Of a DNA stretch of 64,000 nucleotides, positions 7,763 through 17,396 are shown in pieces. This stretch comes from an uncultured virus (IMG/VR IMGVR_UViG_3300028048_000070). Lineage: Duplodnaviria > Heunggongvirae > Uroviricota > Caudoviricetes. Under the pieces are notes generated by a model. That model was not told the DNA's origin and made no database searches. It was given only the letters and a program-made list of their open reading frames with translations. The DNA lies in the IMG/VR virus record IMGVR_UViG_3300028048_000070, positions 1-64,000 of that record, one strand, 5' to 3'. Both the position numbers and the translations under genes were made by a program. Numbering within the stretch: position 1 is the first letter of the stretch; each line of letters begins with the position of its first letter.

Positions 7763-9517
7763 TTAGTTCTGAGCCGGTTTGAGCCCACTCCTATTGAGAA
7801 TACGACACCTGCTCTGCACAGGCTGGAATTCGTCCACAAGGAACCTTTCGAAACATGTAACAGCCGGAAGTGCGGGATTCTGGATGTTTCTAAGTTCATT
7901 AGACACGTACATCTGGTAGTCGTAAATCCTGTAAGTAACACGGTTACTGTTGTGCGGCATGATGAGGATTACTAAATCGTTTTGCCACCTGAGCTTGTCA
8001 CTACCGATGAACTGGTAGACTCTCTTGTCACTAGTAACAACAGTTCTCTTGAAGTCCAGATCAACCGGACCAATGCTGCTCGGGCTGCTGTAAGTATACT
8101 CAACAGGAGTAATCTTTCTGACCAGATCAGGATCACCAAAGATAGTAATAACCATGTTCGGATCATTCAGAACCTGAAGCATTCTAGTAACTTCACTATC
8201 GAATGCATCAAAGAACATACTATGTCTCCAGGTCAGAGGATCAAGAGCATATCCAACAGGCGGAGCATAGTCAAATTCCATATAGCCTCTGCTATTCTCA
8301 GGCAGTCTCTCATAAGATTCATCCAGATACTGCTTAATCTTATCATCCTTGTAGTTAGCCAAGGTAGTCTTAAGCAGGCTCATGATCTTAGTCAGCTGAT
8401 TAACCTGATACAGAGCAGCAAGATCCTTAACCTCTTCGGGGCTGATAGTAACACTCAGCGGAATAGCATTCGGAATTTCAATCAGCTTAGTATCAACCTT
8501 CCACTTAACAGTGCAGGTATCAAGCATATGGTTAGCAGTATCCAGCTCAGCAGCAAGCATAACTTTCTTCACTTCACCCTTAGCAGAGATAACAGTGAAG
8601 ATATTCTTATCCATAGTACCAGCAAGAACATCAGAGATCTTCTTGTTAGCAGTAGCAGATTCTCTCACCACAAGCTGAACAGGAGCATTGAAGCTTCTCT
8701 CATACTGATTATAACCAGGCTGGAACAGAATGTTGACAGGGAACCAAACATTTTTAACTTCACCTTCATCTGCTGCAGTTGCAACAGGTCCATTGGGACG
8801 AATGAACCCATCAGCATCAGGCATAATATCACCTTCAGCAATATACATCTTCTCAATCTGAATAGCAGAGATGTGAGTCTTAATGCTAAGAGCATCGAGC
8901 TTAGTACCACCACAAAGAGCAAGAACATCAGTCTCACCAACTTCAGGCAGTTCGAGTTCAATATTATAAACCGGGTTGGAAGCATCAATGGCAGGAGTCA
9001 TCTTGTTCTGATCAGTGAACATATCGATCTCATTGCCCTGAGTATCAACCAGGATTCTCTTCTCCATGCTCATGGTGAACTTGGGTCCTTCAGCAACGAC
9101 CTTCTGAATAGCACCCTTATCGAAGACCATGTTCATAAGGATATTCTTATGGACAGGGAAGGTCATACCAATAACAGGGTTATAGTCAGCCATATCAGCA
9201 TGCTCGAAAACTGCTTCAACGTCATTTTCAAACTGCTGTTCCATCATTGCATACTGATCCTCAATATAACCAGGATCATTCATGAAAGGATCATTGGAAT
9301 TTTCATCCATGAAATTGCTGCAGAAGAACTCCTTCAGAGCTTCCTTAGCTGCAGGACGACGAAGAACCTTCTTGGGCTCCTCAAAGATATCCATACCAGA
9401 CTCATTAAGCAGGTTCTTAGCAAACTCTGCAAAAGACTGCACATAATTTGTCATCGGATCTTTAGAGTAAGAACCACCAACAAAACCAGTCTTGGTAGAA
9501 AGCTTACCAATAGGCAT
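7763..9517 (-). CDS. probable major capsid protein precursor, 584 aa
   Basis: strongest codon bias in window, strong AAGGAGG SD, late-type promoter upstream, terminator downstream, size and context of AR9-like head module; assignment is inference. Confidence 0.6.
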   Translation of the reverse strand: MPIGKLSTKTGFVGGSYSKDPMTNYVQSFAEFAKNLLNESGMDIFEEPKKVLRRPAAKEALKEFFCSNFMDENSNDPFMNDPGYIEDQYAMMEQQFENDVEAVFEHADMADYNPVIGMTFPVHKNILMNMVFDKGAIQKVVAEGPKFTMSMEKRILVDTQGNEIDMFTDQNKMTPAIDASNPVYNIELELPEVGETDVLALCGGTKLDALSIKTHISAIQIEKMYIAEGDIMPDADGFIRPNGPVATAADEGEVKNVWFPVNILFQPGYNQYERSFNAPVQLVVRESATANKKISDVLAGTMDKNIFTVISAKGEVKKVMLAAELDTANHMLDTCTVKWKVDTKLIEIPNAIPLSVTISPEEVKDLAALYQVNQLTKIMSLLKTTLANYKDDKIKQYLDESYERLPENSRGYMEFDYAPPVGYALDPLTWRHSMFFDAFDSEVTRMLQVLNDPNMVITIFGDPDLVRKITPVEYTYSSPSSIGPVDLDFKRTVVTSDKRVYQFIGSDKLRWQNDLVILIMPHNSNRVTYRIYDYQMYVSNELRNIQNPALPAVTCFERFLVDEFQPVQSRCRILNRSGLKPAQN

Positions 9518-9672
9518 AATTTAATCCTCCTTGTAATTATATAACTAGAATGAAGGACGTTAAGACAATCTAGTTATTTAGACAATACATAGATTTTTAT
9601 TTAATTTTTATTATCAAAATACATAGAAGCTTAGAGAGTTACTTCTAAATATTTTATTTATTAGTTATTAAT

Positions 9673-10713
9673 TTATTTTTTAGAGTTATTAATATCCTCT
9701 ATAACTTTAGAAATAGTACGGAATACAGACATAAACTTAATATACATAGCATAATTTTCTAAATAAGGATTCTTATCAAAGTTGTTTTGAATATAATCTA
9801 TTAAGATATTCTTAGTTTTTTCTACAAAAAGAATAAGTCTTTTTATAGCATCTAAGTTCTCCATTGTTTTAGGAATAGAATTTATTCCTTCTCTTGTAGT
9901 AATAATAGTCTCATATAGATCTTTATAATCTATCTTTAATTGTAATACTCTTATACGTTTTTGGTCATCAGTAAGTGAGTCATAAATTTGTTCTTCAGAA
10001 GTTTTAATATCTTCATCAGAAATATTATCAGAAGGGTCAGCAGGAGGAGCATCTTCTGCTGCAGCTCCATCGGTATCTCCACCACCTTCATCTGTACCTT
10101 CTCCAGTAGTATCATCCCCTTCAGCTGTGTCTTCACCACCACTATTTGAATCATTCATGGTGAAATCATCATCAGATGCTCCATCATCTGTTGCTCCTGC
10201 ATCAGCAGTCTGATCTGCATTAGTATCTCCTTCTGTATTAGTAGGAGCATCATCAGTACCAGCTGCATTATCAGCATTATCATTAGTTTCAGCAGTATTA
10301 TCATTACTAGTATCTGTATCTTCTAATGTAAAATTATCTTCTTCATCAGCAGCATTATTACCAGTAGTATTTGCTGTATCTGTAGTATCATCTCCTGTAG
10401 TAGATAAATCCTCATCATCCATGGTGAAGTTATCTGTATCATCACCTTCTGCAGGAGTTTCGGTATCATCTTCTGCTGTAGCATCAGTAGCTCCTAATTC
10501 TTCTGCAGCTTGTTCTGTAGATTCATCAGGATTTTCTACTGCATCTTGAGCAGTATCTTGTGGAGTCTCTTCTCCAATATCTTCATCTTCTTCATCATCC
10601 ATGGTAAAGTCATCATCATCATTAATATCTTCACCATTAACTTGAATTTCATTAAGATATTTAGAATAGCGAATTTTATTTTTTCTAATATTATCTAAAC
10701 TAAATATAGCCAT
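9673..10713 (-). CDS. acidic, largely disordered head-associated/scaffold-like protein
   Basis: D/E/T/A-rich tract with 4x D(D/N)FT(M/L) motif and helical C-terminus; adjacent to capsid gene. Confidence 0.55.
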   Translation of the reverse strand: MAIFSLDNIRKNKIRYSKYLNEIQVNGEDINDDDDFTMDDEEDEDIGEETPQDTAQDAVENPDESTEQAAEELGATDATAEDDTETPAEGDDTDNFTMDDEDLSTTGDDTTDTANTTGNNAADEEDNFTLEDTDTSNDNTAETNDNADNAAGTDDAPTNTEGDTNADQTADAGATDDGASDDDFTMNDSNSGGEDTAEGDDTTGEGTDEGGGDTDGAAAEDAPPADPSDNISDEDIKTSEEQIYDSLTDDQKRIRVLQLKIDYKDLYETIITTREGINSIPKTMENLDAIKRLILFVEKTKNILIDYIQNNFDKNPYLENYAMYIKFMSVFRTISKVIEDINNSKK

Positions 10714-10718
10714 ATATC

Positions 10719-13331
10719 TTACTCCCTTCCTCTAAGTCCAGATACAGGCTCCATAGGAATTCTACTACCTTTTCTAGCAAGACCATAATAGATTTCCTGT
10801 CTTCTTCTCTGAAGGTTTTTCTGAATAGTAAGTAAAGCTCTATATTTCTTAGTAGATCCAGATCCTTCAGCTCTTTGAATTTCTCTTTCTAATACTTTAA
10901 GTTCTATATCAATTTCATCTAATATCAGCATCTTTTCTTTTCTAGAAGTATATGCTGATTTAGCCCACATAACAATAGGTCCCAATATAGCAAATGTAGC
11001 AGCACCTACAGCTGTTCCAGCAGCTGTAGCAGTACCAGCAACAGCTCCAATACCAGCCCAAGCCATAAGAATCTTAATAGATTTAGAAAGACTTCTTTTT
11101 ACCTGTCCAGTAATAATCTCTTCTCTATGATCGGTAGATAAACTAGACTCAATACCTTTACAGAGATGATTAAACTCCATATCAAGATCTCTAGAGAATT
11201 CTTTCTCTTTTGTAGAAAGATTCTTAAGTTTTCCTTTAATACCAGTCCAGGCTAATCTAAGATCATTTAAACTAAGAGGTTTCTTCTCAGGTTTCTGTTT
11301 CTGCTTATCTTCAACAGGTTGTTGCTGTTGTGCAGCAGAAGCTTTATTATTAGCTTGCTTAATCTCTTTTGTATTATGGGCAGTATTATAATCTACGGCT
11401 CCAGGAGTTTTAATAGCTCCTCTGATTTTATTAGCAGGATTAAGATCATTAACAGCAGCTTTTAAATTTCCTTTAGCTCTATTAATTGCATCTTCACTTA
11501 TACCCATAACTTGAGCACAGAAATCTAATCTCTCTTGATGATCTTCATAGAGATCAAAAGTATCTCTATCAATATTTGAACAGGTATACTTTATATAATT
11601 ATATCTAGGATTAGCTTCCTCTCTACAAAGAGAAATAAAATCTGTGAAAGCATTATCATTTCCTGCTTCTAAATAAGGACTAAGAATCTCATATACTAAT
11701 CCTGCTTCTTCAGCAGTAATAGTAGCAGCATACTTTCTATCATGTAATTTATCCATAATAGCAAGTATAGGAGTCTCAGTAAGAGTTTCTAATCTATTAG
11801 AAATTTCATTTAAATTACAAATCAAAGATTTCTCATAATTAGTAAATCCTTTTTCTACAATTTGAGCTTCAGATAGAATGACAGAATATTTGCTTCTTAA
11901 GCAAACATCAAAACTATTCTCACCTAAAGTAAAGTAAGCATAAGAATCTTTATTATAAAGAATATTATTCAAGCATTGTATTACAGGATTAATAAAATTA
12001 TAAGCTTCTTCAATAGTTCCTTCATAACTATAAGAAGCTAATACTGTAGAAATATGTTCATTAGAATCTATATGATTAATAATATTATTTTCATTAATAT
12101 TATCATCTTCTCTTTTAATTCTATGAATATTAAGAGGAGATTCTTTAGCAGAAGTTTTCTCTATGGTAGATAAAAATTCCCCAGCATCTTGAGAATCAGT
12201 AATTAAGTTATGAATTTTAAAAGGATTAATTTCATTAGAAGTAAAACTCATCCTTTCTTTATTACCATCAGCATAATAAATTTCATCATTAACTCCAGCT
12301 TCCCAAATGCAGTTAAGGGTATCTACTAGAGAATCTATATCCTGAATATTATTTTCTTTAATAAGACCAATAATATTAGAAACTTCTTTATGAGAAAAAG
12401 AATCTAATCCTTCAAAAATAGCTTTAGGATTATATTCAATAGAATTTACTCTAGAGAAATCTTTTAAAGTCTCATTAATAGTAGATAATGCTACATTATT
12501 TTCAAGATTATCTCTTGCAATTTCTATAAGAGAATCAATATTCTTATTAGAATCTATTTTCCAATTATATAATCTTGAAAGCCAATAATTATTAGTATTA
12601 GTATCTTCTGTATATAAGAATCTAACGCTTTTATCAGAAGCTAAAGGAAGAACTTTAGATTCATTAATAGCTCTTTTATAAGAATCAATATCTTCTTTAG
12701 TATTATTATCTCTTAATAAAAAATAATCGGTAACTTCATATACAATATCAGAAGGATCAATTTCAATTCCTTCTGAGTAATATAAATAAGATAACTCTTC
12801 TAATACAATATTCATCTTAATAAAAGGAGATATTGTATATGTATCTACATCTTCACAAATGGTAAAGATTCTTTCTTTATTAGACTTAGCTTTATTAGAG
12901 AAAGATTCTAATTTAAATTTATTAGATAGATTTTTATGATTTTTAATAATTCTATCTATAGATTTATACATCTTAACAGTCTCTAATAATCTATCAGAAT
13001 TAACCTCTCCTATATTAGAGGATCTAATAGTATCTAAACAATCACCAAAATTAGAATTCTCTACAAGAGGAATAATATCATTTATAACTACTTGACAATA
13101 TTTCTCAAGTAAGTCATATCTATCATCTTTATATAGAGACTCAAGAATAGAAATAGCATCTTTATAATCTGTACAGTTATTAAAGAAAGTTTCTAACTTC
13201 CATTTATAAATAGAATCATTTGGAACATTAGAAAGATCAATCATATCTGCAGATTCTGTAATTGTTTTTCTTTTCTCAAGATATCTTTGTCTTTTGTAAA
13301 CATACTTTAAATTTAATGGTTTACTAACCAT
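10719..13331 (-). CDS. putative virion structural protein, 870 aa
   Basis: late-type promoter at 13359-13372; hydrophobic G/A segment plus coiled coil at C-terminus. Confidence 0.5.
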   Translation of the reverse strand: MVSKPLNLKYVYKRQRYLEKRKTITESADMIDLSNVPNDSIYKWKLETFFNNCTDYKDAISILESLYKDDRYDLLEKYCQVVINDIIPLVENSNFGDCLDTIRSSNIGEVNSDRLLETVKMYKSIDRIIKNHKNLSNKFKLESFSNKAKSNKERIFTICEDVDTYTISPFIKMNIVLEELSYLYYSEGIEIDPSDIVYEVTDYFLLRDNNTKEDIDSYKRAINESKVLPLASDKSVRFLYTEDTNTNNYWLSRLYNWKIDSNKNIDSLIEIARDNLENNVALSTINETLKDFSRVNSIEYNPKAIFEGLDSFSHKEVSNIIGLIKENNIQDIDSLVDTLNCIWEAGVNDEIYYADGNKERMSFTSNEINPFKIHNLITDSQDAGEFLSTIEKTSAKESPLNIHRIKREDDNINENNIINHIDSNEHISTVLASYSYEGTIEEAYNFINPVIQCLNNILYNKDSYAYFTLGENSFDVCLRSKYSVILSEAQIVEKGFTNYEKSLICNLNEISNRLETLTETPILAIMDKLHDRKYAATITAEEAGLVYEILSPYLEAGNDNAFTDFISLCREEANPRYNYIKYTCSNIDRDTFDLYEDHQERLDFCAQVMGISEDAINRAKGNLKAAVNDLNPANKIRGAIKTPGAVDYNTAHNTKEIKQANNKASAAQQQQPVEDKQKQKPEKKPLSLNDLRLAWTGIKGKLKNLSTKEKEFSRDLDMEFNHLCKGIESSLSTDHREEIITGQVKRSLSKSIKILMAWAGIGAVAGTATAAGTAVGAATFAILGPIVMWAKSAYTSRKEKMLILDEIDIELKVLEREIQRAEGSGSTKKYRALLTIQKNLQRRRQEIYYGLARKGSRIPMEPVSGLRGRE

Positions 13332-13412
13332 AATTCAAAGATCCTCCATAAAGGGAATATTAATATAAAGTTCAATTTTATAGTTTTAAAGAAAAAATAA
13401 AATAAATATTTT

Positions 13413-13443
13413 TGCCCCTAGAGCCATGGATACTCTAGGGGCA
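13413..13443 (-). terminator. intrinsic terminator
   Basis: TGCCCCTAGAG/CTCTAGGGGCA 11-bp stem. Confidence 0.7.
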
Positions 13444-13511
13444 TTAGGAGAAATAGTGCGACCACCATAGGTGGTACAATGAACACTCATGTTCTATCAT
13501 TATTATATTAT

Positions 13512-14570
13512 CTAATTGAAATTATATACTATTTCATTAATTCTATCTGGTGTTACTCCAAAATCTTTTTCACCAATACTATTATTTCTGTGTATATATA
13601 AACTTGCTCCATAAGGTTTAATAAAATCTTTAATAGATCTCATTACCTCATCAGAACCATGCTTATCATTATCTGGATATATATGTAAATCAAAGAAGAA
13701 TATCTCATAATTTATAATTAGATGAATTATAAATCCTAAATAACTAGTTCCAGTTACAGCAGCAAATATTCCTTCTTCATTTCTTCTTAAATTATACTTT
13801 ATACTTAATATATCAAAAGGACCTTCTGCTATATGTATCTGTATTCTCTTCGGTATAGTTAAATCTATACTAATTGGCATTACATACATCTTTTCTGTAT
13901 TATCCATCTTTCCATGAATATTATAATTAATATATCTCTTATCTATACCTTTATACAATAATCCTTCTGGACATATTCTTCTAAGATTAACAAAATTATT
14001 ATCTAAAGATAAAAATCCTACAAAGTTATCATTTAATGCTTGTACTATATTAGGATGTCTAGTTAATTGTGTAATATTATTATATCTATATTCTAATATA
14101 TCTTTTAAATTTAATATTATTTTTTGTTTTAAACATTCTTCTATAGAAAGAGATACTCCTATTCTATCTTTTATATATTGCAATTTAATATTTGCTAATG
14201 AAATATTAAATACATAATTATATATTGGATAATGAATAGAAGAGAATCCTTTAAATTTATTTGCTTTTACAGCAGCTTTAACCTGTTTATCTATTTCTGT
14301 TCCAATTTCTGGATTATATATTCCCCATTCTGTTAATTTAGAAGAAGTTATAACTCCTGAAGTTAAACATTTAAAGCAATGAAATACTGCAGCTTCTTCT
14401 TTACTTTGAGGAATTTTTATATACATATGACCGTGATCAGATGTTCTATTTTGTTCGCAATAAAAACAATTACAACATATTTCTCTACCAGAAGATACCA
14501 ATTTAGCATTTGGTATATTAGACATTATAAATTGAGTAAATTGATTACCAAATTCATAACTATTATTCAT
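13512..14570 (-). CDS. dnaG: DNA primase (Zn-finger + TOPRIM)
   Basis: CFYC...FHCFKC zinc finger; IAEGPFDILS and YPDND TOPRIM motifs. Confidence 0.85.
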   Translation of the reverse strand: MNNSYEFGNQFTQFIMSNIPNAKLVSSGREICCNCFYCEQNRTSDHGHMYIKIPQSKEEAAVFHCFKCLTSGVITSSKLTEWGIYNPEIGTEIDKQVKAAVKANKFKGFSSIHYPIYNYVFNISLANIKLQYIKDRIGVSLSIEECLKQKIILNLKDILEYRYNNITQLTRHPNIVQALNDNFVGFLSLDNNFVNLRRICPEGLLYKGIDKRYINYNIHGKMDNTEKMYVMPISIDLTIPKRIQIHIAEGPFDILSIKYNLRRNEEGIFAAVTGTSYLGFIIHLIINYEIFFFDLHIYPDNDKHGSDEVMRSIKDFIKPYGASLYIHRNNSIGEKDFGVTPDRINEIVYNFN

Positions 14571-14633
14571 ATTATAATCTCCTTTATCTTAACCTTCATT
14601 ATTATAATATATAATTAAGATTAAGAATAGAGA

Positions 14634-14987
14634 CTATTCTTTAAAAGATAATATAATAGATATAATTAATAAAGGGATTAATAAAAATGCAATTATTAAT
14701 AATATAGGTTTTATATCCATAATTATTAATGATGCAAATACTACAATTATAAATACAAGTATTAATCCAGCCATCATTCCTAAATGAAATAATACAATAT
14801 TCTGATCTCTACTTTTATCTAATTTAGATAAAATAGCAGTAGATAAACCTATTATCATAAGTGCTATTGATACAAATTTTCCTGCTTCAGTATTATATAT
14901 TTTATATTTAAAAAATTGAAATATACTGTTAATAACAATAAAAGCAATATCTGTAAATAATAAATATACTAATATAACATTATTCAT
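14634..14987 (-). CDS. membrane protein (about 4 TM)
   Basis: four hydrophobic segments; GGAG SD. Confidence 0.7.
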   Translation of the reverse strand: MNNVILVYLLFTDIAFIVINSIFQFFKYKIYNTEAGKFVSIALMIIGLSTAILSKLDKSRDQNIVLFHLGMMAGLILVFIIVVFASLIIMDIKPILLIIAFLLIPLLIISIILSFKE

Positions 14988-15035
14988 TTTATCTTCTCCA
15001 ATAAAGTAAAGAAAGAGAATGTAAATTCTCTTTCT

Positions 15036-15515
15036 TTAATCCTTTCCAGTTAAATCAACATCAAATCTTATTTCATAATCGGATAATCTATTTATGTTCA
15101 CAGCTTTACCAGAATTTTCTGTAGAGATTGAAATCACCATTGGGAGATTTGCTTTAAAAAATTCTTTCATCATAGGTAATTCACACATTACAAAAAATAT
15201 TTCTCTATATTTTAATAATTCATTTGGTAATATATGAGATTTAAAACTCATCTGTGGTAAAGAAAACATAAATTTATTTTTATCTGTCATTAAAGAATTA
15301 ACAGTTTCTCCAATATGGCTAATACCATAATCATATATCATATTACCAAGCATAGCAACATACAATTCATCTTTTAAATTAAAAAAGACGGGAAATAAGT
15401 TTCCTCCATCCATTTCTGCAAATAGTAATTGAAATTGATCTGCTTGATTAGGATCTATAGAATTTAAATCTCCAAGTGGTACTGACATTTTGCTTATATC
15501 TTTTGTAGTGCTCAT
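15036..15515 (-). CDS. hypothetical protein
   Basis: 159-aa ORF, GGGAG SD, hairpin terminator at 15008-15037. Confidence 0.75.
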   Translation of the reverse strand: MSTTKDISKMSVPLGDLNSIDPNQADQFQLLFAEMDGGNLFPVFFNLKDELYVAMLGNMIYDYGISHIGETVNSLMTDKNKFMFSLPQMSFKSHILPNELLKYREIFFVMCELPMMKEFFKANLPMVISISTENSGKAVNINRLSDYEIRFDVDLTGKD

Positions 15516-15545
15516 TTTATTCTCCCTATAAATAAAAAATAATAA

Positions 15546-15759
15546 TAGGAGAGGGGAGCATTTAACTCCCCACGACTAGCTTGATGGGTATTCTACTCTT
15601 TAGATAGAAAGAGCACCTCTCAGAATTACAGTTAGCTAACATGACCTCCTAATCGTTGGAGTGGACACTGGTCACTAATTCTAAGAGTTTTCTTGTCCAT
15701 ATATGATCAGTACATGGATGCTAATCTCCCTGTGCGTCTATCTCTTCCGCCATCTCCTA
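15546..15759 (-). ncRNA. tRNA-like structured RNA A (acceptor, D and T arms; large insert replacing anticodon arm)
   Basis: TAGGAGA/TCTCCTA acceptor; TG; GCG-GAAGAGATAGA-CGC D arm; GGGGAG-TTAAATG-CTCCCC T arm; insert closed by GATTAGC/GCTAGTC; GC-richer than flanks; no ORF. Confidence 0.65.
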
Positions 15760-15792
15760 TTATTTTAAAGTACATAGTATAATAAATTTTAA

Positions 15793-16041
15793 TTAAATTT
15801 TTTGTCCAAAAGCATGATTAACAGGTTTACCATATACGGTATTTACAGCTTTTTCAAAATCTGTAAATTCTTCTTTTGTCATTATTACTCTAATTTCTCT
15901 ATTACAAGTAAAAATACCTACATCTACAATATTTTCATTTTTAATAGAATAATTATAAGTATAATATTCTACTCCATAAAGATTAACTACTATATTTTGA
16001 ACTCTATTGAGATCTTTAGATTCTTTTATTCTATATAACAT
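15793..16041 (-). CDS. hypothetical protein
   Basis: 82-aa ORF abutting upstream ORF. Confidence 0.7.
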   Translation of the reverse strand: MLYRIKESKDLNRVQNIVVNLYGVEYYTYNYSIKNENIVDVGIFTCNREIRVIMTKEEFTDFEKAVNTVYGKPVNHAFGQKI

Positions 16042-16350
16042 TTAAACTCCATTTCTATATTTATCAATATCAATAATATCAAAACGGTTAGTTACATACT
16101 GTTTAAATAATTCTACCGTTTCTCTTGGAACATCATTTACTTCAATTTTATTATCCGATGAAGATACATATAATAAAATGGAATAATTACCATATTTATT
16201 CTTTTCTATAGAATACATAATGATATTATCTAAATTAATGTATACTTCTTTTTCATCAGAAAGATATATTTTTAAAATATGATGCTTTGGGTCATATGAC
16301 ATAAAATACTCCTTATTTTTTATATTATAAAGAAGTATTTTTGTATTCAA
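16042..16350 (-). CDS. hypothetical protein
   Basis: 102-aa ORF, TTG start. Confidence 0.65.
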   Translation of the reverse strand: MNTKILLYNIKNKEYFMSYDPKHHILKIYLSDEKEVYINLDNIIMYSIEKNKYGNYSILLYVSSSDNKIEVNDVPRETVELFKQYVTNRFDIIDIDKYRNGV

Positions 16351-16371
16351 TAACCTTTTTATGCATTATTA

Positions 16372-16680
16372 TTACATCAATTGACTTCCAGAAATAGCTT
16401 CTGCAACAGCATCAATAGCATCAACAATTGATGTTGGACCATCATTTCTATATAAAGCAAGCTGATGAAACAGAAATTCAGGAGCATCTTCAATAGCTTC
16501 TGCTATTAAAGCTCTAGATTCAATTTCTTTAATTTTAAGCATATCAGATATACCAAATGATTCACCAAATTTATGTCTATATTGCATCATTTCATTATAT
16601 AAATTATCGGGATTCATAGATTCCATAAATTCACATTTGTTTCTATTTCCTAAAAGACTAAAACCTTCCAAGACAATCAT
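16372..16680 (-). CDS. hypothetical protein
   Basis: ATGA overlap with upstream gene, GGAGG SD. Confidence 0.75.
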   Translation of the reverse strand: MIVLEGFSLLGNRNKCEFMESMNPDNLYNEMMQYRHKFGESFGISDMLKIKEIESRALIAEAIEDAPEFLFHQLALYRNDGPTSIVDAIDAVAEAISGSQLM

Positions 16681-16883
16681 TTGATATCCTCCATATCAAT
16701 GTCTAAATTTTCAAAATCAAGATCATCTTCTTCTTCAATCTCATTACTTTTAATTTCTGTTACATTAGTTTCATAATTATCATGGCATCTTCTTTTACAT
16801 CTTGTACAAGGAGAACTGCATCCATATTCTATTTCATTCTCCCATTTACCATTATGCTTACAACCGATACACGTATCAATCAT
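16677..16883 (-). CDS. small Cys-rich protein
   Basis: CxxC..CxxxCxxC, acidic tail, ATGA overlap, GGAGG SD. Confidence 0.75.
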   Translation of the reverse strand: MIDTCIGCKHNGKWENEIEYGCSSPCTRCKRRCHDNYETNVTEIKSNEIEEEDDLDFENLDIDMEDIK

Positions 16884-17107
16884 TTATTATCCTCCTTTTC
16901 TTCGCACTTAAAATTACAGATTTCATTTTTTAAGCATTTATCTAATTTATCAAATGATTCTTTTACACTAAAAGTATATTCCATACCTTCATAGCAAATA
17001 ATAAGAATATTCTGATCTTTATTAAGTATTAAAATATCTATTTTCTGAAAATCAAAAAGTACTAAAGTTCCATCATCTGTTTTAAGAAATATTTTAGAGT
17101 TTTTCAT
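16880..17107 (-). CDS. hypothetical protein
   Basis: likely start MKNSK at 17107 directly after stop of upstream small ORF. Confidence 0.65.
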   Translation of the reverse strand: MKNSKIFLKTDDGTLVLFDFQKIDILILNKDQNILIICYEGMEYTFSVKESFDKLDKCLKNEICNFKCEEKEDNK

Positions 17108-17108
17108 T

Positions 17109-17279
17109 TTATTTATCCTTTTCATTTTTCATAAATTTTTCAAAATCTTTATTACACTTATAGCATAAATAAAATTCAGTAGGATCAAAAATATAGTCAT
17201 TATATATTATTTTTGTAACGTCTCTCATATTAATTCTTTCTTTACATCTATCACAAAAATATTCAATTACTTTACCCAT
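17109..17279 (-). CDS. small zinc-finger protein, 56 aa (not in ORF track)
   Basis: MGKVIEYFCDRCK...YLCYKCNKDFEKFMKNEKDK; AGGAGG SD; early-type promoter at 17322-17331. Confidence 0.75.
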   Translation of the reverse strand: MGKVIEYFCDRCKERINMRDVTKIIYNDYIFDPTEFYLCYKCNKDFEKFMKNEKDK

Positions 17280-17396
17280 ATATTCCTCCTTTTTAAAAAT
17301 AAATTATTAATAGATTCATTATTATAATATCTATTTAAAAAATAAATTAAAAAAATATTGAGGAAGGAATTTATCCCTTCCTCAATAATATCCCAA

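Noticed and set aside
7982..9544. 520-aa plus-strand ORF
   Set aside because: Antisense shadow of the codon-biased capsid-like gene; no SD, implausible composition.
15546..15759. Canonical tRNA-Leu or tmRNA
   Set aside because: No anticodon stem-loop, no G3.U70, no CCA, has a D stem and is too short for tmRNA; kept as tRNA-like ncRNA.
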